This document shows positions 17,083 to 26,551 of a DNA stretch of 28,844 nt, in pieces. The stretch lies in IMG/VR virus record IMGVR_UViG_3300023252_000167, positions 1 to 28,844 of that record, one strand, 5' to 3'. The position numbers and the translations under genes are program-made. The stretch's first letter is position 1, and each line of letters opens with the position of its first letter. The stretch comes from a virus. Taxonomy: Duplodnaviria; Caudoviricetes. The notes beneath the pieces were generated by a model. The model was not told where the DNA came from and did not search any database. It saw only the letters and a list, made by a program, of their open reading frames with translations.

Positions 17083-17712
17083 ATGACGGATCGCATCCGC
17101 TCCATCAAGCTTTCTCATGCACTAGGCCGCCGCTTTGGCAAAGAACACAACCTCTCGGTCAGGTCGGGAGCCGAAGCTATCCGGGCTTTGGGAGTGCTAT
17201 TTCCAGGATTTAACCAGTTTCTGGCAGACTCCAAAGATAAAGGGGTGAGTTACGCCGTCTACTACGGGAATCGGAACATCGGCGAGCACGAATTGCGCGA
17301 TCCTCCTGGCGATAACAAAATCCGAATTGTGCCCATAGTGCAGGGGAGCAAGAACAGCGGCGGTTTGCAGGCGATCGCTGGCATCGCATTAATCGCGGCT
17401 GCAAGCTTTTTCTCTGGAGGTTTGGCCGCGCCAGGAGGGGCAGCGGCTCTCTATGGCACAACTGCGACCGCCGTATGGACTGCGGTAGGTGCTGTCGGCT
17501 TCTCGCTCGCAATCGGTGGCGTCGCACAGATGATCACCGGCACCCAAACCGGAATCGACAGCACTGAAGCCGCAGACAACAAGCCGAGCTACAACTTCTC
17601 AGGCATCAAGAACACCGTCACGCAAGGAAACCCGGTACCGCTGTGTTACGGCGAGATGACCGTGGGTTCCGCCATGATTTCACTGGGCATCGTCGCCGAA
17701 GACGAACAGTAA
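17083..17712 (+). CDS. Tail assembly protein (lambda gpI-like)
   Basis: LGRRFG, EAIRAL, IRIVPIVQGSK, Gly/Ala-rich hydrophobic middle, SYNFSG..NT..QGNPVPLCYG. Confidence 0.92.
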   Translation: MTDRIRSIKLSHALGRRFGKEHNLSVRSGAEAIRALGVLFPGFNQFLADSKDKGVSYAVYYGNRNIGEHELRDPPGDNKIRIVPIVQGSKNSGGLQAIAGIALIAAASFFSGGLAAPGGAAALYGTTATAVWTAVGAVGFSLAIGGVAQMITGTQTGIDSTEAADNKPSYNFSGIKNTVTQGNPVPLCYGEMTVGSAMISLGIVAEDEQ

Positions 17713-17722
17713 GGGCTTTCCA

Positions 17723-20700
17723 ATGACCGACACCATCGTTCGCGGCTCCAAAGGCAGCGAAAGCAGCCACACGCCTGTAGAAAGCCCGGACAGCCTGATC
17801 AATACCAGTTATGCGAACATTCTGGACGCGATCAGTGAGGGGCCTATCGTTGGCCTGGTGAACGGCGCTCGATCCATTTATCTGGATGAAACGCCAGTTC
17901 AGGGCACCGATGGTTCGATGAACTTCACCGGCGTCACCTGGGAACAGCGCTTCGGAGAGCACGATCAGGATTACATCACCGGCTTTCCGTCTGTAGAAAC
18001 GGAACACGCGGTCGGCGTTGAGTTGAAAGCCTCCCAGCCATGGACCCAGAGCCTGAGCAACCTGCAGCTGTCTGGCGTTCGTCTGCGCCTGGGGGCGTCC
18101 GCTCTGTATCAGCAGAACAGCGACGGCGATACGACTGGATTCACCGTGAACTATGTTGTCGAGCTATCTACGGACGGCTCCGACTATGTGCCGATCATCA
18201 CGACTGCCTTCAATGGCAAGACCACCACCGGTTATCAGCGCTCGCACCGAATCGATCTTCCAGCAGCCGAGGAAGGTTGGTCTATCCGCGTTCGCCGCAC
18301 GACGCCTGATTACAGCGATGCCAAGATCGGCGACACCACCACTGTCGTCAGCTACACCGAAGTGATCGACGCCAAGCTGCAATATCCCTACACCGCCCTG
18401 GTGGGGATCAAGATCGATGCGAGCCAGTTTTCTAACATCCCTGAGCGCGCCTTTCGCATCAGGGGCCGCATCATCCAGGTGCCGAGCAACTACACCCCAG
18501 AGTCGCGCACCTATTCGGGCACTTGGGATGGCACGTTCAAACTCGCGTGGACCGACAACCCGGCGTGGATTTATCGCGACATCATTATCAATGATCGTTA
18601 CGGTCTGGGCCGCTTCATCAGCAGCGACAACGTCGACAAGTGGGAGCTTTACCAGATCGCGCAGTATTGCGATGCGATGGTCTCGGACGGAAAGGGCGGG
18701 CAGGAACCTCGTTTCACCTGCAACCTGTACCTCCAGTCGCGCGCCGATGCGCTTCAAGTATTGCAAGATCTGGCGAGCATCTTTCGCGGCATGGCCTATT
18801 ACGCCGGGAGCGAAGTCGTCGCGTCCGCCGATATGCCAAGCGACCCGGTGTACACCTACACCAATGCCAACGTCATCGATGGCTATTTCAGCCGCCCCGG
18901 CTCTTCTGGATCGACTCGTTTCAGCGTTGCGAAGGTCAGCTGGACTGATCGCGACGACTTCGGCGCACAGAAAGTCGAGTACGTGCCGAACACAAAGGCC
19001 ATCGCTCGTTACGGCATTCGCGAAACTGAAATCACGGCGTTCGGCTGCGTGTCGCAAGGCCAAGCCCAGCGTCTCGGTCATTACACGCTGCTGACCAACC
19101 AGTTGGAAACCGGCACCATTCAATTCAGTGTCGGGCTGGATGGCGTGCTCGCGCGCCCAGGCCAGATCATTCGAGTTGCAGACCAGCACTACGCGGGCAA
19201 GCCAATCGGCGGCCGGGTCAAGGCTTCGACCACGAACAGCATTACTGTTGACGATGACCTGACTGTCGCCGCCGGCGATACACTGGTTGTTATCCAGCCG
19301 AACGGCACGGCCCAGACTCGCGTAATCAAAACCGTTACCGGTCGCGTGATCACCGTCACCGAGAACTTCAGCGCAGCTCCAGTCACCGAATCGGTGTACG
19401 CGATCGAAACCGCAGAGGTCGTGCCTGAAACCTATCGCATCCTGACCATCACTGAGAACTTCGGGGATGACAAGCTTCAATACGACGTGGTCGCGGTTCA
19501 GCACAACGCGAGCAAATTTGCCGCCATCGACAGCGGCGCCCAGATCGTCACACCTCCAACCACCACGCTACCGGGCGCGGTGCAGGCAATGCCCACCAAT
19601 ATCCAGCTCTCGACATATGATGCCGTGAAGCAGGGGCTGACCATCGCAACCATGCGCATTACGTGGGAGCCTGCACGCAGCGCACAGAGCTATCAGGTCT
19701 GGTGGAAGAAGGATTCGGGCGACTGGGTTTATGCCGGTATCACTTACACATCATCGATCGAGGTGTCGGGCATCTACACCGGCACCTATACGGCTCGGGT
19801 TTCAGCTGTCGGCGTAAATGGCAACTCGTCCTTGTGGGCGTATTCCGAACCAACTCTGCTCAACGGCAAAGAAGGTCTGCCGCCCGCAATCACGTCGCTG
19901 ACCACCGAAAGCCTGATCTTCGGCATCGGCATCAAGTGGACCTTCCCACCAGGTGCGGAAGACACCCAGCGCACCGAGCTTTGGTACAGCGAGGCGCCGC
20001 AGCTCGACAGCGCGACTAAGCTGGCCGATCTGGCGTACCCGCAATCGGACTACACTATGCAGGGCCTGCGCGCGGGCCAGTCGTTTTTCTTCTGGGCACG
20101 ACTGGTCGACCGTACCGGCAATGAGGGGCCGTGGTTTCCGCAGGCTCCGACCGTCGTCAATGGCCAAGCCAGCGCCGATGCCGATGACATCCTTGATTAC
20201 CTGACTGGTCAAATCACCGAGAGCCAGTTGGGCCAGGAACTCTTGGGGGAAATTGGCAAGATCGGCGGCGACGGCCCGGGCTCCGTGAATGAGCGCTTGG
20301 ACGATGTCCGGACGGACCTAAGCCAGCAAATCACCGACGTCAGCAACACCGTGACCGAGGTGCAGAGCGAGCTGCAGGCGCAGATCGATCAGATTGCAGA
20401 TCTGGCCGACTCGATGCCGTACAAGGCAGACGAGACCTACACCAACGGGCAGGGCGTGCTCGGCGCGGACGGGATCATTTATCAGGCATTGAAGAATGTA
20501 CCGGTCAACACACCGCCGCCGAACACCGAATTTTGGCTGAACGTTGGCCAGGCAGTGCAAACGGCAAACGGCTTGGCCGCGCGCGTCACCACCACAGAAA
20601 CCAAAATCACCAGCATTGAGGGCGTCAACACCGCGCAGGCGAACCAGATCACCGGCCTGCAAACTTCGCTGGACGGCAAAGCCGATTCGTCCGTGGTCAG

Positions 20701-23137
20701 CAGCCTGTCGAGCCGCGTCACGACTGCCGAGAACACACTCAGCAGCCAGGGCACGGCGATCACCGGCCTGAACAACAGCTTGACCGTCACCAACCAGAAC
20801 GTCACCGCTGCGCAGAATGCCGCGAATGCGGCGAACACCTTGGCGGGCGGGAAAGGCAAGGTTCTTGTTCAGTCGGCGGCGCCGGCGGCTGCCGATCAGT
20901 TGGCGCAGAACCTGTGGATCGATACCACCGGCAACGCCAACACGCCAAAACGCTGGACGGGGACCGCGTGGGCCGCTGTTACAGACAAGGCTGCGACGGA
21001 TGCGGCGACGGCCGCTGCCAATGCGCTGGCGCTCGCTCAAACGAAAGCAGATGCAAGTGCCGTCAACAGTCTCACTACCAGAGTGACCTCCGCCGAGGGC
21101 ACGATCACCAGCCAGGGCACGCGGGTCACTTCACTGGAGAACACCGTCAACAGTCCTTCTACAGGACTGGGGACCAAAGCCAGTTCGGCGGCAGTAGACG
21201 CTCTGACCAGCCGGGTTACTCAGACTGAAACCGGTCTGACGAGCGTAAGCGGCCAATTGACGACGCTGAATAACAGCATCGGCGACATTGGCGGTCAGAA
21301 CCTCGTCTACAACCCGGCATTCACCAAAGAGAGCACTACACCAGGCGTCGCAGATGGCTGGCTGCTGGACGGTCCCGGCGCTCCAGGCAGCTCAACTGGG
21401 GTTATGTCGCTGGTTCCATCGTTCCTGGTCTCCAGCGAAAAATCTCAGCGAGTGGATGTCACCAACCTGACGACAAGCGCGCTTTACCGTTCGATCAGGT
21501 TCGCCGACGCGCTCACGCCGAAGGTAACAGCTGGTGCAACGGTTACTGCCTCTATAAACATGCGCGGCACAGCTGGGCTTCAGGTGCGGATCTTCATTCA
21601 GGCGCGCAATGCATCGAACGGAGCTATCGCGGCTCCAGCTTCCGCCATGATTCCTGTCACAGGAGGAAGCCAGCGGATCTCTTATAGCTATCCGAATTTG
21701 CCGGCCAACACAGCGAACGTTCAGGTCTTCTACCGTATCTATGCGGGGGATTCCGTATCCAGCGGCTTTGTTGAGTTCACCCGTGCTCAGGTCGAGCTTG
21801 GCGCGGTTGCTTCGGGATGGCGGGACAACGGTGCAGTTCTGGCGTCTGATCAGGCGGCGACTTCGACGGCGGTTCAATCCCTGCAGTCCACGGTCACGCA
21901 GCAGGGGACCACCCTTACGAGTGTGGGAAGCCGCACGACCTCGCTTGAGAACGCTGTCAACAGCACCACTGACGGGCTGTCAACGAAGGCCAGCGCGTCG
22001 GCACTGCAAACGCTCGGCAATCGCGTCACCAGTGTTGAAGGAACGTTGACGTCGCAGAGCTCCGACATCACCAACCTGAAAAACACCATTGGCAGCGCGG
22101 CGCCATTCGTGGCGGGGTACGCCTGGGAAATGACCGGCTCTACCCGGGGCTGGACGGCAAACGTGTCGGGCGCGACGATCACTGCCGGTACTTTGTTTGC
22201 CACAGTGTCGAAATACACCCAGATTCAGGCGACCAGTTCGTTCGGCAACTTGAACGGATCGGAGAACCCGTTTCTGCGCATTCGGCTGCGGCGCAAGAAC
22301 ACCACGCGCGCATCGGCGGCGATGTACTGGGCGAACGAAGATGGCGGCCTGGCCGAAGCGCGCCGATTCAACTGGCCGATTAACCTGAACACGGAGGACT
22401 GGCAGGACATCGAACTGGACCTGTCCGGGCACACCGGCTGGAACGGCAAGACCGGCATTTACGCCATTCGCCTGGACATGAACAACTCAGGGGATGCGAA
22501 CTCGGTTATCGACATCGGCTACATCGCGGTCGGTCGTCGGTCTGCAGCAGGGTCTGCGCAGGCGCTGTCTTCGCTGACGACCACGGTCACCCAGCAAGGC
22601 GCAACGATCAGCTCTCAGTCGCAGCAAATCACTGGACTGCAAACGTCGGTGGGCAACAACACCGCCCAGCTTCAACAGCAAGCGACCACTATTGCCGATT
22701 CTGCCGGGAAGATTTCGGCTGCCTACAGCGTCCGCCTTCAGGTGGCGCAGAACGGCCTGAACTACGTAGCAGGCTTCGGCATTGGCCTGGACAACAGCTC
22801 TGGGGTTCTGCAATCGCAGTTCATCGTTGCTGCTGACCGGTTCGCGGTCATACGGGATGTTGCGGGCAACGTTTCATCGCCTTTCATCATTGAGGGCGGC
22901 CAGGTGTTCATTGCCGATGCGGTGATCAAGAAGGCCACGATCGTCAACGGCATCATTGGGCAGTCTATTAGCTCTGCCACGCTGACGAACTATGGCGTGC
23001 CCGTGATGATCGTCGACTACAACACCGGCGCGATCGCCATCAACAACAAAGCCACCAATGGCAAGTCGATCATCTTGCGAGAGGACGGCCTGTTTGCAAC
23101 ATCCGGAGGCGTGACCATTCTTGAACTGAAGGTGTAA
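17723..23137 (+). CDS. Central tail fibre / host specificity protein (lambda gpJ-like)
   Basis: 1804 aa. ISEGPIVG, GRIIQVPSNY, AWTDNPAW and EPRFTCN motifs; FN3-like domains, coiled coils with inserted globular domains, C-terminal SQFIVAADRFAV. Confidence 0.95.
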   Translation: MTDTIVRGSKGSESSHTPVESPDSLINTSYANILDAISEGPIVGLVNGARSIYLDETPVQGTDGSMNFTGVTWEQRFGEHDQDYITGFPSVETEHAVGVELKASQPWTQSLSNLQLSGVRLRLGASALYQQNSDGDTTGFTVNYVVELSTDGSDYVPIITTAFNGKTTTGYQRSHRIDLPAAEEGWSIRVRRTTPDYSDAKIGDTTTVVSYTEVIDAKLQYPYTALVGIKIDASQFSNIPERAFRIRGRIIQVPSNYTPESRTYSGTWDGTFKLAWTDNPAWIYRDIIINDRYGLGRFISSDNVDKWELYQIAQYCDAMVSDGKGGQEPRFTCNLYLQSRADALQVLQDLASIFRGMAYYAGSEVVASADMPSDPVYTYTNANVIDGYFSRPGSSGSTRFSVAKVSWTDRDDFGAQKVEYVPNTKAIARYGIRETEITAFGCVSQGQAQRLGHYTLLTNQLETGTIQFSVGLDGVLARPGQIIRVADQHYAGKPIGGRVKASTTNSITVDDDLTVAAGDTLVVIQPNGTAQTRVIKTVTGRVITVTENFSAAPVTESVYAIETAEVVPETYRILTITENFGDDKLQYDVVAVQHNASKFAAIDSGAQIVTPPTTTLPGAVQAMPTNIQLSTYDAVKQGLTIATMRITWEPARSAQSYQVWWKKDSGDWVYAGITYTSSIEVSGIYTGTYTARVSAVGVNGNSSLWAYSEPTLLNGKEGLPPAITSLTTESLIFGIGIKWTFPPGAEDTQRTELWYSEAPQLDSATKLADLAYPQSDYTMQGLRAGQSFFFWARLVDRTGNEGPWFPQAPTVVNGQASADADDILDYLTGQITESQLGQELLGEIGKIGGDGPGSVNERLDDVRTDLSQQITDVSNTVTEVQSELQAQIDQIADLADSMPYKADETYTNGQGVLGADGIIYQALKNVPVNTPPPNTEFWLNVGQAVQTANGLAARVTTTETKITSIEGVNTAQANQITGLQTSLDGKADSSVVSSLSSRVTTAENTLSSQGTAITGLNNSLTVTNQNVTAAQNAANAANTLAGGKGKVLVQSAAPAAADQLAQNLWIDTTGNANTPKRWTGTAWAAVTDKAATDAATAAANALALAQTKADASAVNSLTTRVTSAEGTITSQGTRVTSLENTVNSPSTGLGTKASSAAVDALTSRVTQTETGLTSVSGQLTTLNNSIGDIGGQNLVYNPAFTKESTTPGVADGWLLDGPGAPGSSTGVMSLVPSFLVSSEKSQRVDVTNLTTSALYRSIRFADALTPKVTAGATVTASINMRGTAGLQVRIFIQARNASNGAIAAPASAMIPVTGGSQRISYSYPNLPANTANVQVFYRIYAGDSVSSGFVEFTRAQVELGAVASGWRDNGAVLASDQAATSTAVQSLQSTVTQQGTTLTSVGSRTTSLENAVNSTTDGLSTKASASALQTLGNRVTSVEGTLTSQSSDITNLKNTIGSAAPFVAGYAWEMTGSTRGWTANVSGATITAGTLFATVSKYTQIQATSSFGNLNGSENPFLRIRLRRKNTTRASAAMYWANEDGGLAEARRFNWPINLNTEDWQDIELDLSGHTGWNGKTGIYAIRLDMNNSGDANSVIDIGYIAVGRRSAAGSAQALSSLTTTVTQQGATISSQSQQITGLQTSVGNNTAQLQQQATTIADSAGKISAAYSVRLQVAQNGLNYVAGFGIGLDNSSGVLQSQFIVAADRFAVIRDVAGNVSSPFIIEGGQVFIADAVIKKATIVNGIIGQSISSATLTNYGVPVMIVDYNTGAIAINNKATNGKSIILREDGLFATSGGVTILELKV

Positions 23138-23140
23138 ACC

Positions 23141-23443
23141 ATGACTGGCCTGATCATTAGAAACCCGGCAGGTCAAGAGATCCTCAACATGACGATGAGG
23201 ATCAGCCAGAACATGGGGTGGGTCGACACCAACGGGGCCAACGGCAGTGCAACGCTGCCGACGCCTCCGACTGGGAAGCAGCTCTATTACCAGATCGTGC
23301 CGCTGGTTGACCTGCAGCGCGAGAAAGGCAAGCGGCCCGCGGTCGTGCTCAACGGCACAGCCTTGAGCTGGACCTACTCCTACAACACCAATGGCTGGGG
23401 TTACTTCTCGGCAAACTGCCGAATCTTCTATGGATACTACTGA
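23141..23443 (+). CDS. Post-J tail tip-associated protein
   Basis: Starts 3 nt after the J stop; N-terminal GLIIRNPAGQEILN motif; beta-rich. Confidence 0.7.
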   Translation: MTGLIIRNPAGQEILNMTMRISQNMGWVDTNGANGSATLPTPPTGKQLYYQIVPLVDLQREKGKRPAVVLNGTALSWTYSYNTNGWGYFSANCRIFYGYY

Positions 23444-24312
23444 TGGCTGGATTGCTCGTTAGAAAGGAGGACGGAACCCTTTTATTCGACACTCAATACA
23501 TCACCCATGGACTTGTAAAAAGCGGGTATTTGCAGGCCGATGAGACATGGCCAAGAAAATACCTGCGAGGGATCAACCTGGACCCGAACTCGGGAGCGAG
23601 TTACGACGATTCCTCCCGGGCCGGTGATCAAATGTTCTCGATCACCGTGGGCAACGCGGTCAACCCTATCTGCTTCATCGTTGGGAAAGGATGCCTGCAA
23701 GGAACCGCGCGTTCCGGCAACACGGTGAAGTTTTTCTATAGCGGCGGTGATACCAGCACCAAGGCGTACGTTTTCGACCTGATGAATGACAACGTCGCAG
23801 GCAACCCGCCGTGGCTCAAAACCCGTAGGGCTGATGGTTCAATCTCGTTCAACTCCCTGCAGGTGCCGCTGAACATCCTGTATGCAGTTCAGGCGCCTGG
23901 CCCGACAGCGCTTGACCAATACGGGCGGTATATCGGGCCGTATGCCGGCGGCGCGTGGCAGAGTGTGAGGTTCCAGACGGCATCAGTTGATCCACAGGCG
24001 CATTACGTCGTGGACGTGGCGCTGCCCGGTGGCGTCGAGTACGCCGCCTTCCTGAACTATTCGCGGGGCTGCAATGGCTACTGGAGCGCGAATCTGACAG
24101 GAGTTAACCCGCAAGTAGTGGGCATGTCCGAAGGCGCCTACGGAAGGGTGGGCGGCATGAGCTTCATGTTTGGTCCAGCCGGCGGAACAACGGATGTGGC
24201 GCTCAACGGCATCGCTTTCTCAATACCAGGTTCCGTCGCAGGGTTGCCGGTTGACACTCTTCCTGTCGCCCTGGTCATCGCAACAACCGTACTGCCTTTC
24301 CCTTACAACTGA
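23443..24312 (+). CDS. Post-J tail tip-associated protein, candidate receptor-binding protein
   Basis: TGATG coupling; N-terminal GLLVRKEDGTLLFD motif, repeated internally; beta-rich. Confidence 0.68.
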   Translation: MAGLLVRKEDGTLLFDTQYITHGLVKSGYLQADETWPRKYLRGINLDPNSGASYDDSSRAGDQMFSITVGNAVNPICFIVGKGCLQGTARSGNTVKFFYSGGDTSTKAYVFDLMNDNVAGNPPWLKTRRADGSISFNSLQVPLNILYAVQAPGPTALDQYGRYIGPYAGGAWQSVRFQTASVDPQAHYVVDVALPGGVEYAAFLNYSRGCNGYWSANLTGVNPQVVGMSEGAYGRVGGMSFMFGPAGGTTDVALNGIAFSIPGSVAGLPVDTLPVALVIATTVLPFPYN

Positions 24313-24342
24313 TTTATCAAACCCCTGAAACTGGAGATTCGT

Positions 24343-24555
24343 ATGCCTTTTATCGTGATCAATGGCAGCAACTCGTTCGACCCAAATAATCAGGTCGAGT
24401 ACGCAACCGAAGCCGAGGCTGATGCAAAAGCGCGCGAAATCCTCGGAGCGTTCCCTCAATCGCTGATCCGCACTGCGCAACTGGTGAAGACCTATCGCGC
24501 CCAGGTGACGATCACTGCCGAGGACGTTCCTGAACAGGATCAGCCAGCCGAATAA
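24343..24555 (+). CDS. Hypothetical acidic 70-aa protein
   Basis: GGAG SD; followed by a terminator; no TM segment. Confidence 0.7.
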   Translation: MPFIVINGSNSFDPNNQVEYATEAEADAKAREILGAFPQSLIRTAQLVKTYRAQVTITAEDVPEQDQPAE

Positions 24556-24571
24556 CGCCTGCTCAACACAT

Positions 24572-24595
24572 GCCCGCCGCGCGCGGGCTTTTTTT
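24572..24595 (+). terminator. Rho-independent terminator
   Basis: GCCCGC-CGCGC-GCGGGC followed by T7. Confidence 0.82.
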
Positions 24596-24612
24596 CGTCT
24601 GGAGAAAAGTGA

Positions 24613-25122
24613 ATGGCAAGAATTTCAGAAACAGCCGCGGGCGGCCGGAACGCTCTTGCGTTCCTTGATCTGCTGGCTTGGTCGGAACTGGGCAGCGATT
24701 ACCTCAAGCGGTCCGACGATGGATACAACGTGATCGTGACGGGAGTCGACGGCAAGATCGAGCTGTTCACTGATTACAGCGTTCATCCGTTCGCGGGAGG
24801 GCGTAAGTCGAAGGTGTTCAGCAAATCCGGGCAGACGTCCAACGCCTCGGGCCGCTATCAGTTCATGCTCAAGGACTACGCACACTACCGCGACCAGTTG
24901 AAGCTGCCGGACTTCGGCCCCGTTAGCCAGGATCGGTGGGCCATCCAGTTGATCAAGGAGCGCAAGGCGCTGGACGACATCAAGGCGGGCCGCATCGAAA
25001 GCGCTATCCAGAAGTGCCGGAACATCTGGGCCAGTTTGCCAGGGGCGGGATATGGGCAGCGTGAGCACAATCTGGAGGACCTTTTGGCCGTTTATGTTGC
25101 GGCGGGCGGGGTGCTGGCATGA
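24613..25122 (+). CDS. Endolysin (lambda R-type lytic transglycosylase)
   Basis: AFLDLLAWSE (catalytic Glu), ASGRYQF, DFGPVSQD and IWASLPGAGYGQREH motifs. Confidence 0.93.
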   Translation: MARISETAAGGRNALAFLDLLAWSELGSDYLKRSDDGYNVIVTGVDGKIELFTDYSVHPFAGGRKSKVFSKSGQTSNASGRYQFMLKDYAHYRDQLKLPDFGPVSQDRWAIQLIKERKALDDIKAGRIESAIQKCRNIWASLPGAGYGQREHNLEDLLAVYVAAGGVLA

Positions 25123-25649
25123 CCGACATCCGCGTCAGGCTGCTGGTCTACGGACTGGTGGTGCTGGCGGTGATCGGGATCTGCTGGTGGGCCCTGTCCT
25201 CGGCCTACGGACGGGGGGAGACTGCTTCCGATCTACGCTGGCAAGCCAAGTGGTCCGATCAACAAGCGCTTCAGGCGAAAGGCATGGCCGCTGCAACGAC
25301 TGCGAACCGAACCGAAGAGCAACGCCGCCAGACGGCAGTCAACCAGGTGGGAAATGATGCAAGACAACAACAGGCTGTTGCGACTGCTGATGCTGTCAGC
25401 GCTGATGATGCTGGCTACCGGGTGCGCGACAAAGCAGGAAAACTGGCTGCCGGAGCAAGTTGCTCCCCCAGCGATACCGGACCTGCCAGCCGAAGCACGT
25501 CAGCCACCCGCGCCGCCATGGTGCTCTCCGACCTGTTCCAGCGGGCTGACAAACGAGCGGGAGAGCTGGCAAGGGCTTATGACGCAGCCCGAATAGCGGG
25601 CCTTGCCTGTGAAAAGGCATATCAGGCCCTGATCAACCCAGTGCGTTAA
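25119..25649 (+). CDS. Rz-like inner-membrane spanin (DUF2514-like)
   Basis: N-terminal TM helix, coiled coil RTEEQRRQ, C-terminal ARIAGLACEKAY. Confidence 0.85.
   Translation: MTDIRVRLLVYGLVVLAVIGICWWALSSAYGRGETASDLRWQAKWSDQQALQAKGMAAATTANRTEEQRRQTAVNQVGNDARQQQAVATADAVSADDAGYRVRDKAGKLAAGASCSPSDTGPASRSTSATRAAMVLSDLFQRADKRAGELARAYDAARIAGLACEKAYQALINPVR
25354..25596 (+). CDS. Rz1-like outer-membrane lipoprotein spanin embedded in Rz
   Basis: +1 frame inside Rz; AGGTGG SD; hydrophobic leader ending LATGC; Pro-rich mature part with Cys. Confidence 0.82.
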   Translation: MMQDNNRLLRLLMLSALMMLATGCATKQENWLPEQVAPPAIPDLPAEARQPPAPPWCSPTCSSGLTNERESWQGLMTQPE

Positions 25650-25658
25650 GTGCTCCCA

Positions 25659-25841
25659 CTAATCGCGATCCCCTCGCTCCGTTACTTCCACTGCAGGCCC
25701 GAGCAGGTCGTAATAGCGGAAATGAAATTCAGCCTCCTGCTTTTTTCCCGCAACCTTTGCTCGTAATGCTTGATCAAGGTGCCAGTCTCGCATCCGGCGG
25801 AGGCTGGCTAGCTGGCGTTGGGACCGAGTGTTGTGTGGCAT
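25659..25841 (-). CDS. Hypothetical 60-aa protein
   Basis: AAGGAGAG SD before the ATG; convergent with the spanin. Confidence 0.6.
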   Translation of the reverse strand: MPHNTRSQRQLASLRRMRDWHLDQALRAKVAGKKQEAEFHFRYYDLLGPAVEVTERGDRD

Positions 25842-26029
25842 GTGCTCTCCTTGTCGTCGACCTCTCCTGAGATTCTGGCAATTTTAGATCCAAACGGAAG
25901 AATGAGAAATATCCAGACGGGTGGAGGGGGCAGAGCTTCGTGTTGGGACGAGGGATATAGTAGCCACGCTACGAGCTAGTGGTGTTTGTGAGGGGGGCAG
26001 GATGTATGTCCTGCCCGATTAGTTCGGTT

Positions 26030-26491
26030 TCAGGGTTTGGTTGAGCGAAGGATCGTCCGGGTTGAACCAGGTGGCGGCTCGTTGAGGACTGCCCAGAACA
26101 CCCCAAGATCCGCCACTGCCGATATGAAATCCTGAAAGACTACGGGCTTCACCACATAGGAGTTCACGCCAAGTTCGTAAGCGCGGCCCAAGTCGACCGG
26201 TTCCTTCGAGTTCGTCAGCATCACAATAGGAACGCTGCGAAGCTCCTCAGTGCTTCTTACGATCTCGAGTACCTCCAAGCCGTTGACCTTGGGAAGTTTC
26301 AGGTCCAGCAAAATCACAGCCGGATTCCCTTCGGCCCGGTCGGCGTAGTCGTTCCTGCGTAGCAGGTAATCCAGCGCTTGCGCACCATCGGTCACGGAAA
26401 TCACATCGTTGGCCAGTTGGCTGCGCTCAAGCGCCACCAGCGTCAACTCCAGATCGCGAGGATCATCCTCAACGAGAAGAATGGGTTTCAA
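26030..26491 (-). CDS. Single-domain response regulator (Rcp1 / phytochrome-associated type)
   Basis: ILLVEDD, LLDLKLP (phosphoacceptor), MLT, YVVKP and FW motifs. TTG start at 26491 inferred; ATG 26524 is an alternative. Confidence 0.88.
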   Translation of the reverse strand: MKPILLVEDDPRDLELTLVALERSQLANDVISVTDGAQALDYLLRRNDYADRAEGNPAVILLDLKLPKVNGLEVLEIVRSTEELRSVPIVMLTNSKEPVDLGRAYELGVNSYVVKPVVFQDFISAVADLGVFWAVLNEPPPGSTRTILRSTKP

Positions 26492-26522
26492 TATCGGGGG
26501 CTCACTTGAAAAAAACGCCAGC

Positions 26523-26551
26523 ATTCTAATAGCATACCAGCCCGCTTTAAA
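26523..26551 (-). promoter_or_regulatory. Putative sigma70 promoter for the response regulator
   Basis: Minus strand TTTAAA-N17-TAGAAT, 31 nt upstream of the TTG start. Confidence 0.45.

Noticed and set aside
18164-19504. 446-aa minus-strand ORF and other antisense ORFs within J, portal and tape measure genes
   Set aside because: Shadow ORFs expected opposite GC-rich coding sequence.
17723-24312. Diversity-generating retroelement or invertible tail segment
   Set aside because: No reverse transcriptase or invertase, and no adenine-specific repeat pair seen by eye.
25995-26016. GGGCAGGA-N6-TCCTGCCC hairpin
   Set aside because: Positioned after the receiver gene but has no U tract on either strand, so it was not called as a terminator.
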